From the NCBI GenBank assembly GCA_051879635.1, contig JBJEMK010000081.1, forward strand, positions 1 to 43,439: a DNA stretch of 43,439 nt, given 5' to 3'. Source of the DNA: Eubacterium sp. Its GTDB lineage: Bacteria > Bacillota > Clostridia > Lachnospirales > Lachnospiraceae. Below are positions 26,836-37,261 of this stretch, piece by piece; the stretch's first letter is position 1; each line of letters begins with the position of its first letter. The notes beneath the pieces are model-generated. The model was not told where the DNA came from. It worked only from the letters and a program-made list of their open reading frames with translations, and did not search any database. Made by a program: the position numbers and the translations under genes.

Positions 26836-29481
26836 CTATTTTTTAAGCTGAAGCGCAAGTGCAGCCTTTGCAGCAGATATTGCATCATCTATTCCTGATG
26901 GATTTTTCCCTCCGGCCTGAGCCATATTTGGTCTTCCTCCACCTCCTCCACCTACTAGTGAAGCAATTTCTTTTATCAGATTTCCTGCGTGGGCACCATG
27001 TGATAAAGCATCTCCGCTTGCCATAGCAATCATATTTACCTTATCTGAGCCCTGTGATGATATGAGCAAAAGAACACCATTTTGAATTTTATCTTTTAAT
27101 TGGTCACCTAAATTTCTAAGACCATTCATGTCAACATCTGTAAGTTTTGATGCAAGGAATTTTACACCTTCAATTTCTTCAATGTTCTGCATGATATCAC
27201 CTAATGAATTGCTGGCAATTTTACTTTTAAGCTTTTCATTTTCAGAATTCAGATGTTTAATTTCATCATGTAATGCCTCAATCTTGTTTGCAAGTAATGC
27301 AGGCTCAGTTTTAGCTGCCTTAGCAGCAACAAGAAGTTCATTTTCAATATTGGCATAATATTTTGAAAGTTCTGATGCTGTTAATGCTTCTATTCTTCTT
27401 ACGCCTGCTGCAATTCCTGACTCTGATATTATTTTAAACATTAATATTGAACTAGTATTTGACACATGTGTTCCACCACATAATTCAGTAGAAAAATCTC
27501 CCATGCACACAACTCGCACTTCGTCTCCGTATTTTTCTCCAAACAGAGCCATTGCTCCGGTTTTTTTTGCATCTTCAAGAGACATAATTTTTGTATTTAC
27601 TTCAAGTCCTGCTGCAATTTCATCATTAACAATTTGTTCTACTTTGGCAATTTCTTCTTTAGTCATTGCCTGGAAATGTGTAAAGTCAAAACGAAGTCTG
27701 TCACTTGTCACAAGTGACCCTGCCTGTTCAACATGATTTCCCAATACAATTCTCAAAGCTTTTTGCAAAAGATGTGTTGCACTATGGTTTCTTGCAGTAG
27801 CGTCTCTTCCCTGCTTGTCTACAGATAAAGTAACTGTATCACCAACAGCAAACATACCTTTCTTTACTATACCTACATGACCTATTTTGCCACCAAGAAG
27901 TTTGATAGTATCCTTTACTTCAAATATGGCATTTTCTGTTTTTATAATACCTTTATCAGCATCTTGTCCACCCATTGTTGCATAAAATGGTGTCTCATTT
28001 ACAATAATAGTTCCTTCATCGCCTTCAGCCAATGCCTGCGTTATTTCGGTATCAGTTGTGAGTACAGAAATCTTTGATGTGCATTCTAAATTATCATAAC
28101 CTACAAAAACAGATGTAATCATAGGATCTATTGCCTCGTATACTGTAACATCAGCTCCCATGTAATTTGTTACTTTACGGGCATTGCGTGCTTTTGTACG
28201 CTGTTCTTCCATGCAGGACGCAAACCCTTCTTCATCAACTGTCAGACCCTTTTCGTCTAAAATTTCGCGAGTCAAATCAATTGGAAAACCATATGTGTCA
28301 TATAATTTAAATGCATTTTCACCTGAAAGAACCTTTGTATTATCAGCAATCATCTTATCTTCCATGTCAGCAAGAATTGTAAGACCTTGATCAATTGTTT
28401 TATTAAATTTATTTTCTTCTTCAGTAAGGACTTTAAAAATCATATCCTTCTTTTCATCAAGTTCAGGATAACCATCTTTTGATTCGCCTATTACTGTTTC
28501 GCTTAGCTTAGCGAGGAATTTTCCATGTATTCCAAGCAGGCGTCCATGCCGTGCGGCACGTCTTATAAGCCTTCTTAATACGTATCCACGTCCTTCGTTT
28601 GAAGGCATTATTCCGTCTGAAATCATAAATGTAGCAGAACGTATATGGTCTGTGACTATACGTATTGATACATCAGTTGCATATTCTTTGTTATATGTTA
28701 CATTTGCGAGCTTACATACTTCATTTCTAAGTGCAACAATTGTATCAACATCAAAAATAGAATCAACATCTTGTACTATTGTTGCAAGACGTTCAAGTCC
28801 CATACCTGTATCAATATTTTTCTGTGAGAGTTCAGTATAATTACCATGTCCGTCATTTTCAAACTGTGTAAATACATTATTCCATACTTCAATATATCTG
28901 TCACATTCACATCCTACAGTACAACCGGGTTTTCCACATCCATATTTTTCACCACGGTCATAATATATTTCAGAACATGGCCCACATGGTCCGGCACCAT
29001 GTTCCCAAAAATTATCTTCTTTTCCAAACTTAAAAATCCGCTCAGAAGGTATTCCCATCTGTTTATTCCATATATCAAATGCTTCATCATCATCAACATA
29101 TACTGACGGATATAATCTGTCAGGGTCAAGACCGACTACCTCTGTAAGAAATTCCCACGACCATTGAATGGCTTCTGTTTTAAAATAATCACCAAAAGAG
29201 AAATTACCAAGCATTTCAAAAAAAGTACCATGACGCGCAGTTTTTCCTATATTTTCAATGTCTGGAGTACGAATACATTTTTGACATGTAGTGACACGAT
29301 TTCTTGGTGGTATTTCCTGACCGGTAAAATAAGGCTTTAAAGGAGCCATTCCTGAATTTATAATTAATAAACTATTATCATTATGAGGAACCAGCGAAAA
29401 GCTTTTCAGCTTTAAATGCCCTTTACTTTCAAAAAAGTCAAGATACATTCGTCTTAGTTCATTTAAACCATATTTTTTCAT
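26836..29481 (-). CDS. alaS: Alanine--tRNA ligase
   Basis: 881 aa. N-terminal FFESKGH, editing-domain HSATHLL and CGGTHV, and the C-terminal GGGGGGRPNMAQAGG DHHA1 region. RBS GGAGG. Confidence 0.98.
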   Translation of the reverse strand: MKKYGLNELRRMYLDFFESKGHLKLKSFSLVPHNDNSLLIINSGMAPLKPYFTGQEIPPRNRVTTCQKCIRTPDIENIGKTARHGTFFEMLGNFSFGDYFKTEAIQWSWEFLTEVVGLDPDRLYPSVYVDDDEAFDIWNKQMGIPSERIFKFGKEDNFWEHGAGPCGPCSEIYYDRGEKYGCGKPGCTVGCECDRYIEVWNNVFTQFENDGHGNYTELSQKNIDTGMGLERLATIVQDVDSIFDVDTIVALRNEVCKLANVTYNKEYATDVSIRIVTDHIRSATFMISDGIMPSNEGRGYVLRRLIRRAARHGRLLGIHGKFLAKLSETVIGESKDGYPELDEKKDMIFKVLTEEENKFNKTIDQGLTILADMEDKMIADNTKVLSGENAFKLYDTYGFPIDLTREILDEKGLTVDEEGFASCMEEQRTKARNARKVTNYMGADVTVYEAIDPMITSVFVGYDNLECTSKISVLTTDTEITQALAEGDEGTIIVNETPFYATMGGQDADKGIIKTENAIFEVKDTIKLLGGKIGHVGIVKKGMFAVGDTVTLSVDKQGRDATARNHSATHLLQKALRIVLGNHVEQAGSLVTSDRLRFDFTHFQAMTKEEIAKVEQIVNDEIAAGLEVNTKIMSLEDAKKTGAMALFGEKYGDEVRVVCMGDFSTELCGGTHVSNTSSILMFKIISESGIAAGVRRIEALTASELSKYYANIENELLVAAKAAKTEPALLANKIEALHDEIKHLNSENEKLKSKIASNSLGDIMQNIEEIEGVKFLASKLTDVDMNGLRNLGDQLKDKIQNGVLLLISSQGSDKVNMIAMASGDALSHGAHAGNLIKEIASLVGGGGGGRPNMAQAGGKNPSGIDDAISAAKAALALQLKK

Positions 29482-29497
29482 GAAATATTGCCTCCGG

Positions 29498-29653
29498 TTA
29501 TTCTTTCGTTTTATAATCAGTATCAGCCTCTGCAGATTTTTTTCTGTCTGAGCGCTTCCTTAAAGAAACCCCCAGAAAAATTCCACATACGGCCACTGCT
29601 GCTATAAATATAAATTTTACTATATACCATATAATTGCCTGAGTTAGAGTCAT
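29498..29653 (-). CDS. 51-aa single-pass membrane micro-protein (hypothetical)
   Basis: Not in the ORF track. The ATG at 29651-29653 lies 6 nt after AAGGAG and 13 nt after the tyrS stop. Translation is MTLTQAIIWYIVKFIFIAAVAVCGIFLGVSLRKRSDRKKSAEADTDYKTKE: one TM helix plus a charged tail. Its stop lies next to the alaS RBS. Confidence 0.5.
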   Translation of the reverse strand: MTLTQAIIWYIVKFIFIAAVAVCGIFLGVSLRKRSDRKKSAEADTDYKTKE

Positions 29654-29666
29654 AATTTCTCCTTAA

Positions 29667-30899
29667 TTAGCTGACTTTTATTTGATGATATCCCTTTTTG
29701 CCCTTTTTTATAAGCAATGTACCATCAGAATCCAGATCTTTTAATGTAAATACTTTGTCTATTTCAGTAATTTTTTCATCATTTACGGTGGCACCTCCCT
29801 GTATAATAAGACGCCTGCCCTCTCCTCTGGAAGCTACAAGTTTTGTGTTCACAAGAAGAGTAATTAAGTCAATTCCCTTATCTAAATCTTCTTTTTTAAC
29901 GAATGTTGTAGGAATATCATTACTCTTTCCGTTATTTGCAAAAAGTGCCCTTGCTGCATCCTGTGCCTTAACCGCCTCTTCTTCTCCATGAACAATCTTG
30001 GTTATTTCATATGCAAGCACTTCTTTTGCCTGATTAATCTGTGCACCTTCAAGGGAACCAAGGCGTCTTACTTCATCCATTGGAAGGAAAGTAAGAAGTC
30101 CAAGCAATTCTTCAACCTTTACATCCTCAACATTTCTCCAATATTGATAAAATTCGTAAGGAGATGTTTTTTCAGGATCAAGCCATACAGCACCTTTTGC
30201 TGTTTTTCCCATTTTAGTGCCTTCAGAAGTTGTTAATAATTTAAATGTAAGACCATAAGCAGGTTTATTTTCTTTCCTTCTTATAAGTTCTACACCACCA
30301 ATAATATTAGACCATTGATCGTTGCCTCCAAGTTCTAAAACACAACCATGCTTTTTATTAAGCACCCAGAAATCATATGACTGCATTAACATATAATTAA
30401 ATTCAAAAAATGTAAGGCCTCTTTCCATTCGCTGTTTGTAACAATCAGCTGTAAGCATCTTATTTACTGAAAAATGAATTCCTATATCTCTTAAAAAATC
30501 AACATAGTTTAAATCCAAAAGCCAGTCCGCATTATTTTCAATAATAGCATTATCATTTTCAAAATCTATAAACTTTGAAAGCTGCTTTTTAAAACATTTT
30601 GCATTATGCTCTATAGTTTCTCTGGTCATAATGGTTCTCATGTCTGATTTGCCGGTAGGATCACCAATCATTGTTGTACCACCGCCAAGCAGTGCAATAG
30701 GACGATGACCTGCTTTTTGCATATGCATCATAGCCATAACAGTAAGAAAGTGTCCTGCTGTAAGGCTGTCTGCTGTTGCATCAAATCCTATATAAAAGGT
30801 AACTTTTTCTTTACCTAATAATTCTCTTATCTCTTCTTCATGGGTAGTCTGTTCAATAAAACCACGTTCCAGAAGAATATCGTATACGTTTTGTGACAT
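29667..30899 (-). CDS. tyrS: Tyrosine--tRNA ligase
   Basis: 410 aa from ATG 30897-30899 ([25 protein letters not shown]). HIGH-type TAGH, KMSKS-type KMGKT and a C-terminal S4 domain. The track's start at 30977 would overlap the promoter. Confidence 0.95.
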   Translation of the reverse strand: MSQNVYDILLERGFIEQTTHEEEIRELLGKEKVTFYIGFDATADSLTAGHFLTVMAMMHMQKAGHRPIALLGGGTTMIGDPTGKSDMRTIMTRETIEHNAKCFKKQLSKFIDFENDNAIIENNADWLLDLNYVDFLRDIGIHFSVNKMLTADCYKQRMERGLTFFEFNYMLMQSYDFWVLNKKHGCVLELGGNDQWSNIIGGVELIRRKENKPAYGLTFKLLTTSEGTKMGKTAKGAVWLDPEKTSPYEFYQYWRNVEDVKVEELLGLLTFLPMDEVRRLGSLEGAQINQAKEVLAYEITKIVHGEEEAVKAQDAARALFANNGKSNDIPTTFVKKEDLDKGIDLITLLVNTKLVASRGEGRRLIIQGGATVNDEKITEIDKVFTLKDLDSDGTLLIKKGKKGYHQIKVS

Positions 30900-30948
30900 C
30901 AAAATGTCCTCCTTAATGTTTATCAATACTATAAAATACCAATAAAAT

Positions 30949-30977
30949 ATTTTAGCATATAGATTGGTATTTTTCAA
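30949..30977 (-). promoter_or_regulatory. Sigma-A promoter for tyrS(-micro-ORF-alaS)
   Basis: Minus strand reads TTGAAA - 17 nt - TAAAAT with an extended -10 TG (TGCTAAAAT). This leaves a leader of only about 45 nt. Confidence 0.55.
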
Positions 30978-31019
30978 CTAAAACACAAATAAGTTCTATA
31001 ATCTCTATAAAACAATAAA

Positions 31020-31041
31020 CTGCCATAGAAACCTATGACAG
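31020..31041 (-). terminator. Rho-independent terminator after spoIVA
   Basis: RNA stem CUGUCAUAG / CUAUGGCAG (9 bp including one G-U pair) with loop GUUU, followed by UUUAUUGUUUUAU. Confidence 0.55.
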
Positions 31042-31107
31042 TTTAAAATATTAAATGTACTTTATCTGTAGGTTATATTGGAAATTAGTTTAATGTTCAA
31101 GCAGATT

Positions 31108-32580
31108 TTATAAAATAATACATATAACGCCACGACTCTTTTCATTTGAGATTTTTTGCAAAGTATCCTGCATTCTTGCCTGAGTTTCTTCGGACATATT
31201 GGAAACTTTTGCTTTTATTCCATCAGCAACAATTTCTTCAATTGTTTTTCCGAAAATATTTGTTGACCAAATTCCGTCATCTCCATTTGCAGCATTTTGA
31301 TTAATGAATTTTATCAGATCATTAGCCTGGTCCTCATCACCTATTATTGGAGAAATTTCAGTAAGTATACTTGCCTTTATAAAATGAAGCGACGGAGCTT
31401 CTGCTTTTATTTTTACACCGTATTTACCACCACTTTTATATATTTCCGGCTTTTTAAGAGTTATTTCTTCTTTGCCCGGAGTCATTATTCCATAACCTTT
31501 GCTTTTTGCGTCCATTATTGCACTTGAAAATTTTGAGTATTCATTTTTGGATTTTGACATTTCTGATACTAATGAAATAAGTGAATATTCATCTGTAATA
31601 TTAGCACCACTTAATGAACTTAATATATTATAATAGTATTTTTCAGGTATATTAATTTTTAATGATATTTCTCCGTTCGCAAGATTCTTTTCTGAAACTT
31701 CAATGCTTTCTATGTATTCATTTGATGTTTCTATGTTTGAACCTATATCGCGAATCAATTCACTATCTTTTATAAGACTGCTTATTTCTTCTAAAATGCT
31801 CTTTTTAATTGGATGAGAAATACTTATAACATCCATCCATTTAGGAGCAAATACATTGATTTTTGAAATAGGGAATTCATTTAAAACTGCTTCCATTATG
31901 TTCATAACATCATTTTTCTTTAATTGCTGGCAGTTTAATGGTATTGCTGTTACATTATGCTTAGTTGATATTTCTTCTGCAGTTTTTACAGCAGTCTGTG
32001 AATATGGAGAAGATGAATTTACAACTACAACAAATGGTTTTCCTATATTTTTTAATTCTGTAATTGTAAGATTTTCAGCTTCTACAAATTCTTTTCTTTC
32101 TATATCACCAAAACTACCGTCTGTAGTGACTACCAGCCCTATTGTAGAATGGTCATTGATTACTTTATGCGTTCCAATTTCTGCAGCTTTTGAAAACGGA
32201 ATATCGTAATCATACCATGGTGTTTTTACCATTCGTTCTTTACCATCTTCACTTTGTCCTTCTGCCCCATTAACCATATATCCAACACAATCAATTAATT
32301 TTACAGAAGCGCTGCTTCCATCTTCAAATTTAAGTTTTGCAGCTTCTTTTGGAATAAATTTAGGTTCTGTTGTCATAATTGTCTTTCCGTTAGCAGATTG
32401 CGGCAGTTCATCTCTGGTTCGTTCCATTGCATTAATATCAGTCATGTTTGGCAAAACCATCAGGTCCATAAAACGTTTTATAAAAGTTGATTTACCTGTT
32501 CTTACAGGTCCTACTATTCCTAAGTATATTTCGCCATTTGTGCGAGATTCTATATCCTTGTACAGATTAAAATTATCCAT
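31108..32580 (-). CDS. spoIVA: Stage IV sporulation protein A (spore coat morphogenetic ATPase)
   Basis: 490 aa from ATG 32578-32580 (MDNFNLYKDIESRTNGEIYLGIVGPVRTGKSTFIKRFM). Walker A GPVRTGKST. Full-length match to the SpoIVA architecture. Confidence 0.95.
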   Translation of the reverse strand: MDNFNLYKDIESRTNGEIYLGIVGPVRTGKSTFIKRFMDLMVLPNMTDINAMERTRDELPQSANGKTIMTTEPKFIPKEAAKLKFEDGSSASVKLIDCVGYMVNGAEGQSEDGKERMVKTPWYDYDIPFSKAAEIGTHKVINDHSTIGLVVTTDGSFGDIERKEFVEAENLTITELKNIGKPFVVVVNSSSPYSQTAVKTAEEISTKHNVTAIPLNCQQLKKNDVMNIMEAVLNEFPISKINVFAPKWMDVISISHPIKKSILEEISSLIKDSELIRDIGSNIETSNEYIESIEVSEKNLANGEISLKINIPEKYYYNILSSLSGANITDEYSLISLVSEMSKSKNEYSKFSSAIMDAKSKGYGIMTPGKEEITLKKPEIYKSGGKYGVKIKAEAPSLHFIKASILTEISPIIGDEDQANDLIKFINQNAANGDDGIWSTNIFGKTIEEIVADGIKAKVSNMSEETQARMQDTLQKISNEKSRGVICIIL

Positions 32581-32615
32581 AAAAACCCCTTTCAAGATCG
32601 TGAAATGATTAATAC

Positions 32616-32644
32616 AATCTATGAAAGGGGTTAATCGTTTATGA
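32616..32644 (-). promoter_or_regulatory. Candidate sigma-E-type promoter for spoIVA
   Basis: Minus strand reads TCATAAA - 14 nt - CATAGATT, resembling the B. subtilis sigma-E pattern (kmATATT - about 14 nt - CATACAhT). The -10 lies about 35 nt upstream of the spoIVA ATG. Confidence 0.4.
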
Positions 32645-32661
32645 TATTAGTTTGTTATTAA

Positions 32662-34215
32662 TTACATTAATGGTGCAATCAATCTTAGCAGATGACCATA
32701 TAGTTTATAATACCATGGTCTGTTCTCGCATTCTTCCCGTGTAACCATATGACATTGTTCTAATGTATTACAAAAATCATTTTTCATAGCCAGAATTTCA
32801 GGACATTTATACATATATGCACCACATTCAAAATGAAGATATAAACTTCTGAAATCCAGATTAATAGAACCTACGACTGCTTTTTCATCATCAGAAACAA
32901 ACATTTTTGCATGTGTAAAGCCTGGTGTAAACTCATAAATTTTAACACCATTATCAATAAGCTGCTCATAATATGAGCGGCCAAGACAATAGGCATACGC
33001 CTTATCAGGAATGCCCGGCATAATAATTATAACATCAATACCACGTTTAGCAGCAAATATAAGTGCCTGTATCATTTCATAATCCAAAATAAGATATGGA
33101 GTAATAATATAAACATATTTTTTTGCTGTATTTAATATGTCCATATATACATATTCGCCAACAGGCTCATCATCTAACGGACTATCAGAATAACCTATTA
33201 CGTATCCGGTAGCTGAATCACTCACTTCATGTTCAGGATTAATATATTTATCAAAACTGGTAAGATTTTTTTCATTTACATTCCATAACTGCAAAAACAT
33301 AACTGTAAAGCTTTTTGTGGCTTCACCTTTTAGCATTATGGCATTATCCTTCCAGTATCCAAAACGTGACTTTTCATTGATATATTCATCTGCCAGATTA
33401 ATTCCTCCTGTAAATGAAGTGTGCCCATCGATAACAACTATCTTTCTGTGATCACGATTATTTTGAACTGTAGAAAAAACAGGTCTTATTGGTGCAAAAG
33501 GCTTGCTGCTTATCCCTAATTTTCTTAAATCTTTATAATATCCATATGGAAGAGAAAACAAAGAACAAGTTCCATCATACATTACTCTGACATCTATGCC
33601 TTCTTTTGCCTTTTGTTTTAACACTTCTAAGATTTCATCCCACATCTTTCCCGGAGAAATAATAAAAAATTCAATGAATATAAATTTTTTTGCTTTTTTT
33701 AACTCCTGTATCATATATGGAAGCATTTCTTCACCACTTCCAAAATATTTTACTTCTGTATTCTGGTATATTGGGAATCCTGCAAAATTATCCATATACC
33801 GTGCCAAAGTTGCTGTATGCGGATCCTCTATTTCAAGATGACACAAAAGTTTTTCACTTTGACCATAATATTTTTTGGTCTTCTGTGTAATGTCAGCTAT
33901 TCGTTTATTTAATATTCTGGAACCTACCTGGGTTTCACAATACAGGTACAACAATGATCCAAAAACAGGGAAAGTAAGTATTGGGATTATCCATGAGAGT
34001 TTAAACATAGGATTATCCCATCTGTTTAGAATGTAAATCGATAATAAAACTGCAAATACAATAAATCCACTGTATATGTAAGCTGAATATGAATTTAGTA
34101 TGTAAAAACACAAAAATAGCACAAAAAGCTGTAATAATACCATCAGAAAAATAAATGTGGTACGACTGAAGATAATTTGTGCTAATTTAGTTAACCCTTT
34201 CTTTTTTTCTTTCAT
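32662..34215 (-). CDS. cls: Cardiolipin synthase
   Basis: 517 aa. Two N-terminal TM helices and two HKD motifs (HRKIVVIDG..., HAKMFVSDD...). Confidence 0.93.
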   Translation of the reverse strand: MKEKKKGLTKLAQIIFSRTTFIFLMVLLQLFVLFLCFYILNSYSAYIYSGFIVFAVLLSIYILNRWDNPMFKLSWIIPILTFPVFGSLLYLYCETQVGSRILNKRIADITQKTKKYYGQSEKLLCHLEIEDPHTATLARYMDNFAGFPIYQNTEVKYFGSGEEMLPYMIQELKKAKKFIFIEFFIISPGKMWDEILEVLKQKAKEGIDVRVMYDGTCSLFSLPYGYYKDLRKLGISSKPFAPIRPVFSTVQNNRDHRKIVVIDGHTSFTGGINLADEYINEKSRFGYWKDNAIMLKGEATKSFTVMFLQLWNVNEKNLTSFDKYINPEHEVSDSATGYVIGYSDSPLDDEPVGEYVYMDILNTAKKYVYIITPYLILDYEMIQALIFAAKRGIDVIIIMPGIPDKAYAYCLGRSYYEQLIDNGVKIYEFTPGFTHAKMFVSDDEKAVVGSINLDFRSLYLHFECGAYMYKCPEILAMKNDFCNTLEQCHMVTREECENRPWYYKLYGHLLRLIAPLM

Positions 34216-34227
34216 AAAAATCCTCTA

Positions 34228-35241
34228 CTATTTGTTCCATAGCAATTCATCATGTTCGCTTCGGTATTCTCTAAGCATAAGTTCCTTAACAGCTTCTTTT
34301 GCGCTTTTCCCTTCAAAAAGAATTTTATTTACCTGCTCTATTATAGGCATTTCAACATTGTATTTTTTTGCAAGTTTTAATGCTACTCCAGCTGAGACAA
34401 CTCCCTCTACAACCATATTAACTTCTTTTATTGCTTCCTCAAGAGTATATCCCCTTCCAATTAATATACCTGCGCGTCTGTTTCTGGAATGTATGCTGGC
34501 ACAAGTTACGATTAAATCTCCAATTCCTGATAAGCCTGTAAAGGTCTGAAAATTCCCCCCCATTGCAACACCAAGTTTTGTGATTTCTTTAATCCCTCTT
34601 GTAATAATTGCTGCTTTTGTATTGTCACCATAACCTAATCCATCAGCCATTCCGGCTGCCAGTGCAATTACATTTTTTAAAGAACCTCCTAATTCTATAC
34701 CTATGATGTCGGGGCTTATATATGTTCTAAAAACATCACATGAAAAAATATTTTGAATATATTCTGCTGTTTTACTTGTATTAGCTCCTATAACACATGT
34801 TGTAGGAAGCCCCCTGCCGACCTCTTCAGCATGGCTCGGTCCTGAAAGTACTGCAATATCAGCAGTTGGAAGTTCGCTTTCAATTACCTGCGTCATAGTA
34901 AACAAAGTACTATCTTCTATACCCTTTGCAACATTTACAATAATCTGACCATCAGGTATCAGGCCTTTTAATCTTGACGAAGTGGTTCTTATAAATGAGG
35001 ATGCAACTGCAAGAATTAAAATGTTTTTTTCCTTTACTGCATTTTCTAAATCACTCGTTATATGAATAGTCTCAGGAATAGTAATTCCGGGAAGACTTAC
35101 TTTATTTTCCCTATCGTTATTTAGAGACTGAACTTCACGCTCAACTGCAGACCATATTGTAACGTTATGTCCGTTATTATTTAGTAAAACACTAATGGCA
35201 ATAGCCCAGCCGCCGCCACCTAATACGCATATATCTGCCAT
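34228..35241 (-). CDS. gpsA: NAD(P)H-dependent glycerol-3-phosphate dehydrogenase
   Basis: 337 aa. N-terminal ICVLGGGGWA Rossmann motif, SGPSHAEEV and GSLKNVIALAAGM. Confidence 0.95.
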   Translation of the reverse strand: MADICVLGGGGWAIAISVLLNNNGHNVTIWSAVEREVQSLNNDRENKVSLPGITIPETIHITSDLENAVKEKNILILAVASSFIRTTSSRLKGLIPDGQIIVNVAKGIEDSTLFTMTQVIESELPTADIAVLSGPSHAEEVGRGLPTTCVIGANTSKTAEYIQNIFSCDVFRTYISPDIIGIELGGSLKNVIALAAGMADGLGYGDNTKAAIITRGIKEITKLGVAMGGNFQTFTGLSGIGDLIVTCASIHSRNRRAGILIGRGYTLEEAIKEVNMVVEGVVSAGVALKLAKKYNVEMPIIEQVNKILFEGKSAKEAVKELMLREYRSEHDELLWNK

Positions 35242-35244
35242 ATT

Positions 35245-35922
35245 TTATTCCTCAACTTTCTTTTGACCGATTTTTAGCTCTGTTCCATTAATAAGTCTTA
35301 TTATATTGCTTCTGTGTCTGATAAATGCCAATAATACAAGCAGAAACGTTATTATGTATGCCTCTATCCTGCAACTTAATGTAAGATTCCATTTCGTTCC
35401 AAATTCTGTAAGCATATCAAGCTGTCCGAAAATTATTAATTCAATTAAAAATCCGGTTATTCCACAAAGTGAACCCAACGAAACATATTTGGAAACAAGT
35501 GTAATTATTGCAAAAGTTGCGAACCCAAGAACAAATAGCTTCCAATCGAATAATGATATTACTACTCCTGAAGTAACAGCAATTCCTTTTCCGCCTTTAA
35601 AGTTCATATAAAATGGAAAATTGTGTCCAAGAACCGTTCCTAATCCTGTATATAATATCAATGCAAATAATATATCAGGATAATTATCAGCAAATAATAA
35701 TCTTGTAATACAACAGGCAATAACAACCTTTAATGTATCTCCCAAATAAGTTATAATGCCTGCTTTTTTTCCTAGAACACGCATTGTGTTAGTTGTTCCT
35801 GAATTTCCGCTTCCAAATTTTCTTATGTCTACTTTTTTTAACTTTCCATATATATATCCGGTTTGAAACAAACCAAATATATAACCCATAATAATACAAA
35901 ACAACCTTACAAGAATACTCAT
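35245..35922 (-). CDS. plsY: Glycerol-3-phosphate acyltransferase PlsY
   Basis: 225-aa polytopic membrane protein with GSGNSGTTN and FKGGKG motifs. Its ATG shares one nucleotide with the der stop (TAATG). Confidence 0.93.
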   Translation of the reverse strand: MSILVRLFCIIMGYIFGLFQTGYIYGKLKKVDIRKFGSGNSGTTNTMRVLGKKAGIITYLGDTLKVVIACCITRLLFADNYPDILFALILYTGLGTVLGHNFPFYMNFKGGKGIAVTSGVVISLFDWKLFVLGFATFAIITLVSKYVSLGSLCGITGFLIELIIFGQLDMLTEFGTKWNLTLSCRIEAYIITFLLVLLAFIRHRSNIIRLINGTELKIGQKKVEE

Positions 35923-37250
35923 TATGAATCTTTGTCCTTTCGCTCTCTTATAATGAACTTAAGCGGTGTTCCTCTGAAACCAAAAGATTCCCGCACCTTA
36001 TTTTCAATATATCTCGTGTATGAAAAATGCATTAATTGTTTGTCATTAACAAAAATCACAAATGTAGGAGGTTTAACCGCAACCTGCGTTATATAATATA
36101 ATTTAAGACGCTTTCCTTTATCTGAAGGTGGTTGCTGCAATGCTACTGCTTCTGCCATTATTTCATTCAAAACTCCTGTGGCAACACGCATAGAATGATT
36201 TTCAATAACTGTATCAATCAAATCAAACAGTTTATTCATTCGTTGCCCTGTAAGTGCCGAAATAAATATCATTTCTGCATATGGCATATATGATAATACT
36301 GTTCTAATCTTATTTGTATAATCATAAATAGTTTTATCGTTTTTTTCTATTGCATCCCACTTATTTACAGCAATTATAACTCCTTTGCCACGTTCATGTG
36401 CAATACCTGCAATTTTGGCATCCTGTTCCGTGACACCTTCTGTTGCATCAATTACAATTACTACAACATTCGCACGTTCAACTGCCGTAACAGTTCTGAT
36501 AATACTATATTTTTCAATTTCTTCTTTTATTTTTGATTTTCTTCTTAATCCGGCAGTATCTATGAAAATATATTCTTTGCCGTTATAAGAAATTTCTGTA
36601 TCAATAGCATCTCTTGTAGTTCCTGCTATATCGGAAACTATGACTCTGTTTTCACCAAGCAGTTTGTTAATAATTGATGACTTGCCTACATTAGGCTTTC
36701 CTACAATTGCTATGCGGGGGCGGTCATCATCTTCGTCATAATTTTCAGATGATGTAAAATGGGAAACTACTTCATCAAGCATATCACCCAGTCCCAATCT
36801 TGAAGCAGAAGAGATTGGTATAGGTTCTCCTATTCCAAGATTATAAAATTCATATACGTCTGCCATATATTTATCAAAATTATCAACCTTATTAACCACA
36901 AGAACAACCGGCTTTTTACTTCTTCTAAGCATGTCAGCCACTTTAGAATCAGCATCAACCAATCCCTGCTTTACATCCGTCATGAAAACTATAACATCAG
37001 CTGTTTGAATTGCTATTTCAGCCTGCTCTCTCATTTGGGATAAAATTATATCGTTTGTATCAGGCTCAATTCCACCCGTATCTATCATTGTAAAAGATGT
37101 ACCAAGCCATTCAATATCTGCATATATTCTGTCGCGCGTAACTCCGGGAGTATCTTTCACAATTGAAATCATTTCTCCCGCTAATGCATTAAATAAAGTT
37201 GATTTTCCTACATTAGGTCGACCGACAATAGCAACTACCGGTTTACTCAT
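35922..37250 (-). CDS. der: Ribosome-associated GTPase Der (EngA)
   Basis: 442 aa from ATG 37248-37250 ([25 protein letters not shown]). Two G domains (GRPNVGKST; GKPNVGKSS) and a C-terminal KH-like domain. Confidence 0.95.
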   Translation of the reverse strand: MSKPVVAIVGRPNVGKSTLFNALAGEMISIVKDTPGVTRDRIYADIEWLGTSFTMIDTGGIEPDTNDIILSQMREQAEIAIQTADVIVFMTDVKQGLVDADSKVADMLRRSKKPVVLVVNKVDNFDKYMADVYEFYNLGIGEPIPISSASRLGLGDMLDEVVSHFTSSENYDEDDDRPRIAIVGKPNVGKSSIINKLLGENRVIVSDIAGTTRDAIDTEISYNGKEYIFIDTAGLRRKSKIKEEIEKYSIIRTVTAVERANVVVIVIDATEGVTEQDAKIAGIAHERGKGVIIAVNKWDAIEKNDKTIYDYTNKIRTVLSYMPYAEMIFISALTGQRMNKLFDLIDTVIENHSMRVATGVLNEIMAEAVALQQPPSDKGKRLKLYYITQVAVKPPTFVIFVNDKQLMHFSYTRYIENKVRESFGFRGTPLKFIIRERKDKDS

Positions 37251-37261
37251 ATATAACCTCA

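Noticed and set aside
4070-29129. Same-strand nested ORFs in alternative frames (4070-4255, 4448-4678, 21417-21605, 22688-23035, 23165-23353, 28914-29129)
   Set aside because: They sit inside mreC, the flippase gene, the DUF3048 gene and alaS, in a different frame. They are short and have no RBS. The host frames carry the conserved motifs.
5316-34549. Other plus-strand ORFs of 60-130 aa (e.g. 5316-5699, 9199-9576, 17980-18312, 24753-25130, 25873-26247, 31856-32209, 34157-34549)
   Set aside because: Each is fully embedded antisense in a confidently identified minus-strand gene (mreB, mutL, the flavoprotein, phoH/yqfD, spoIVA, cls/gpsA). All have shadow-ORF composition, and none has a start context or motif.
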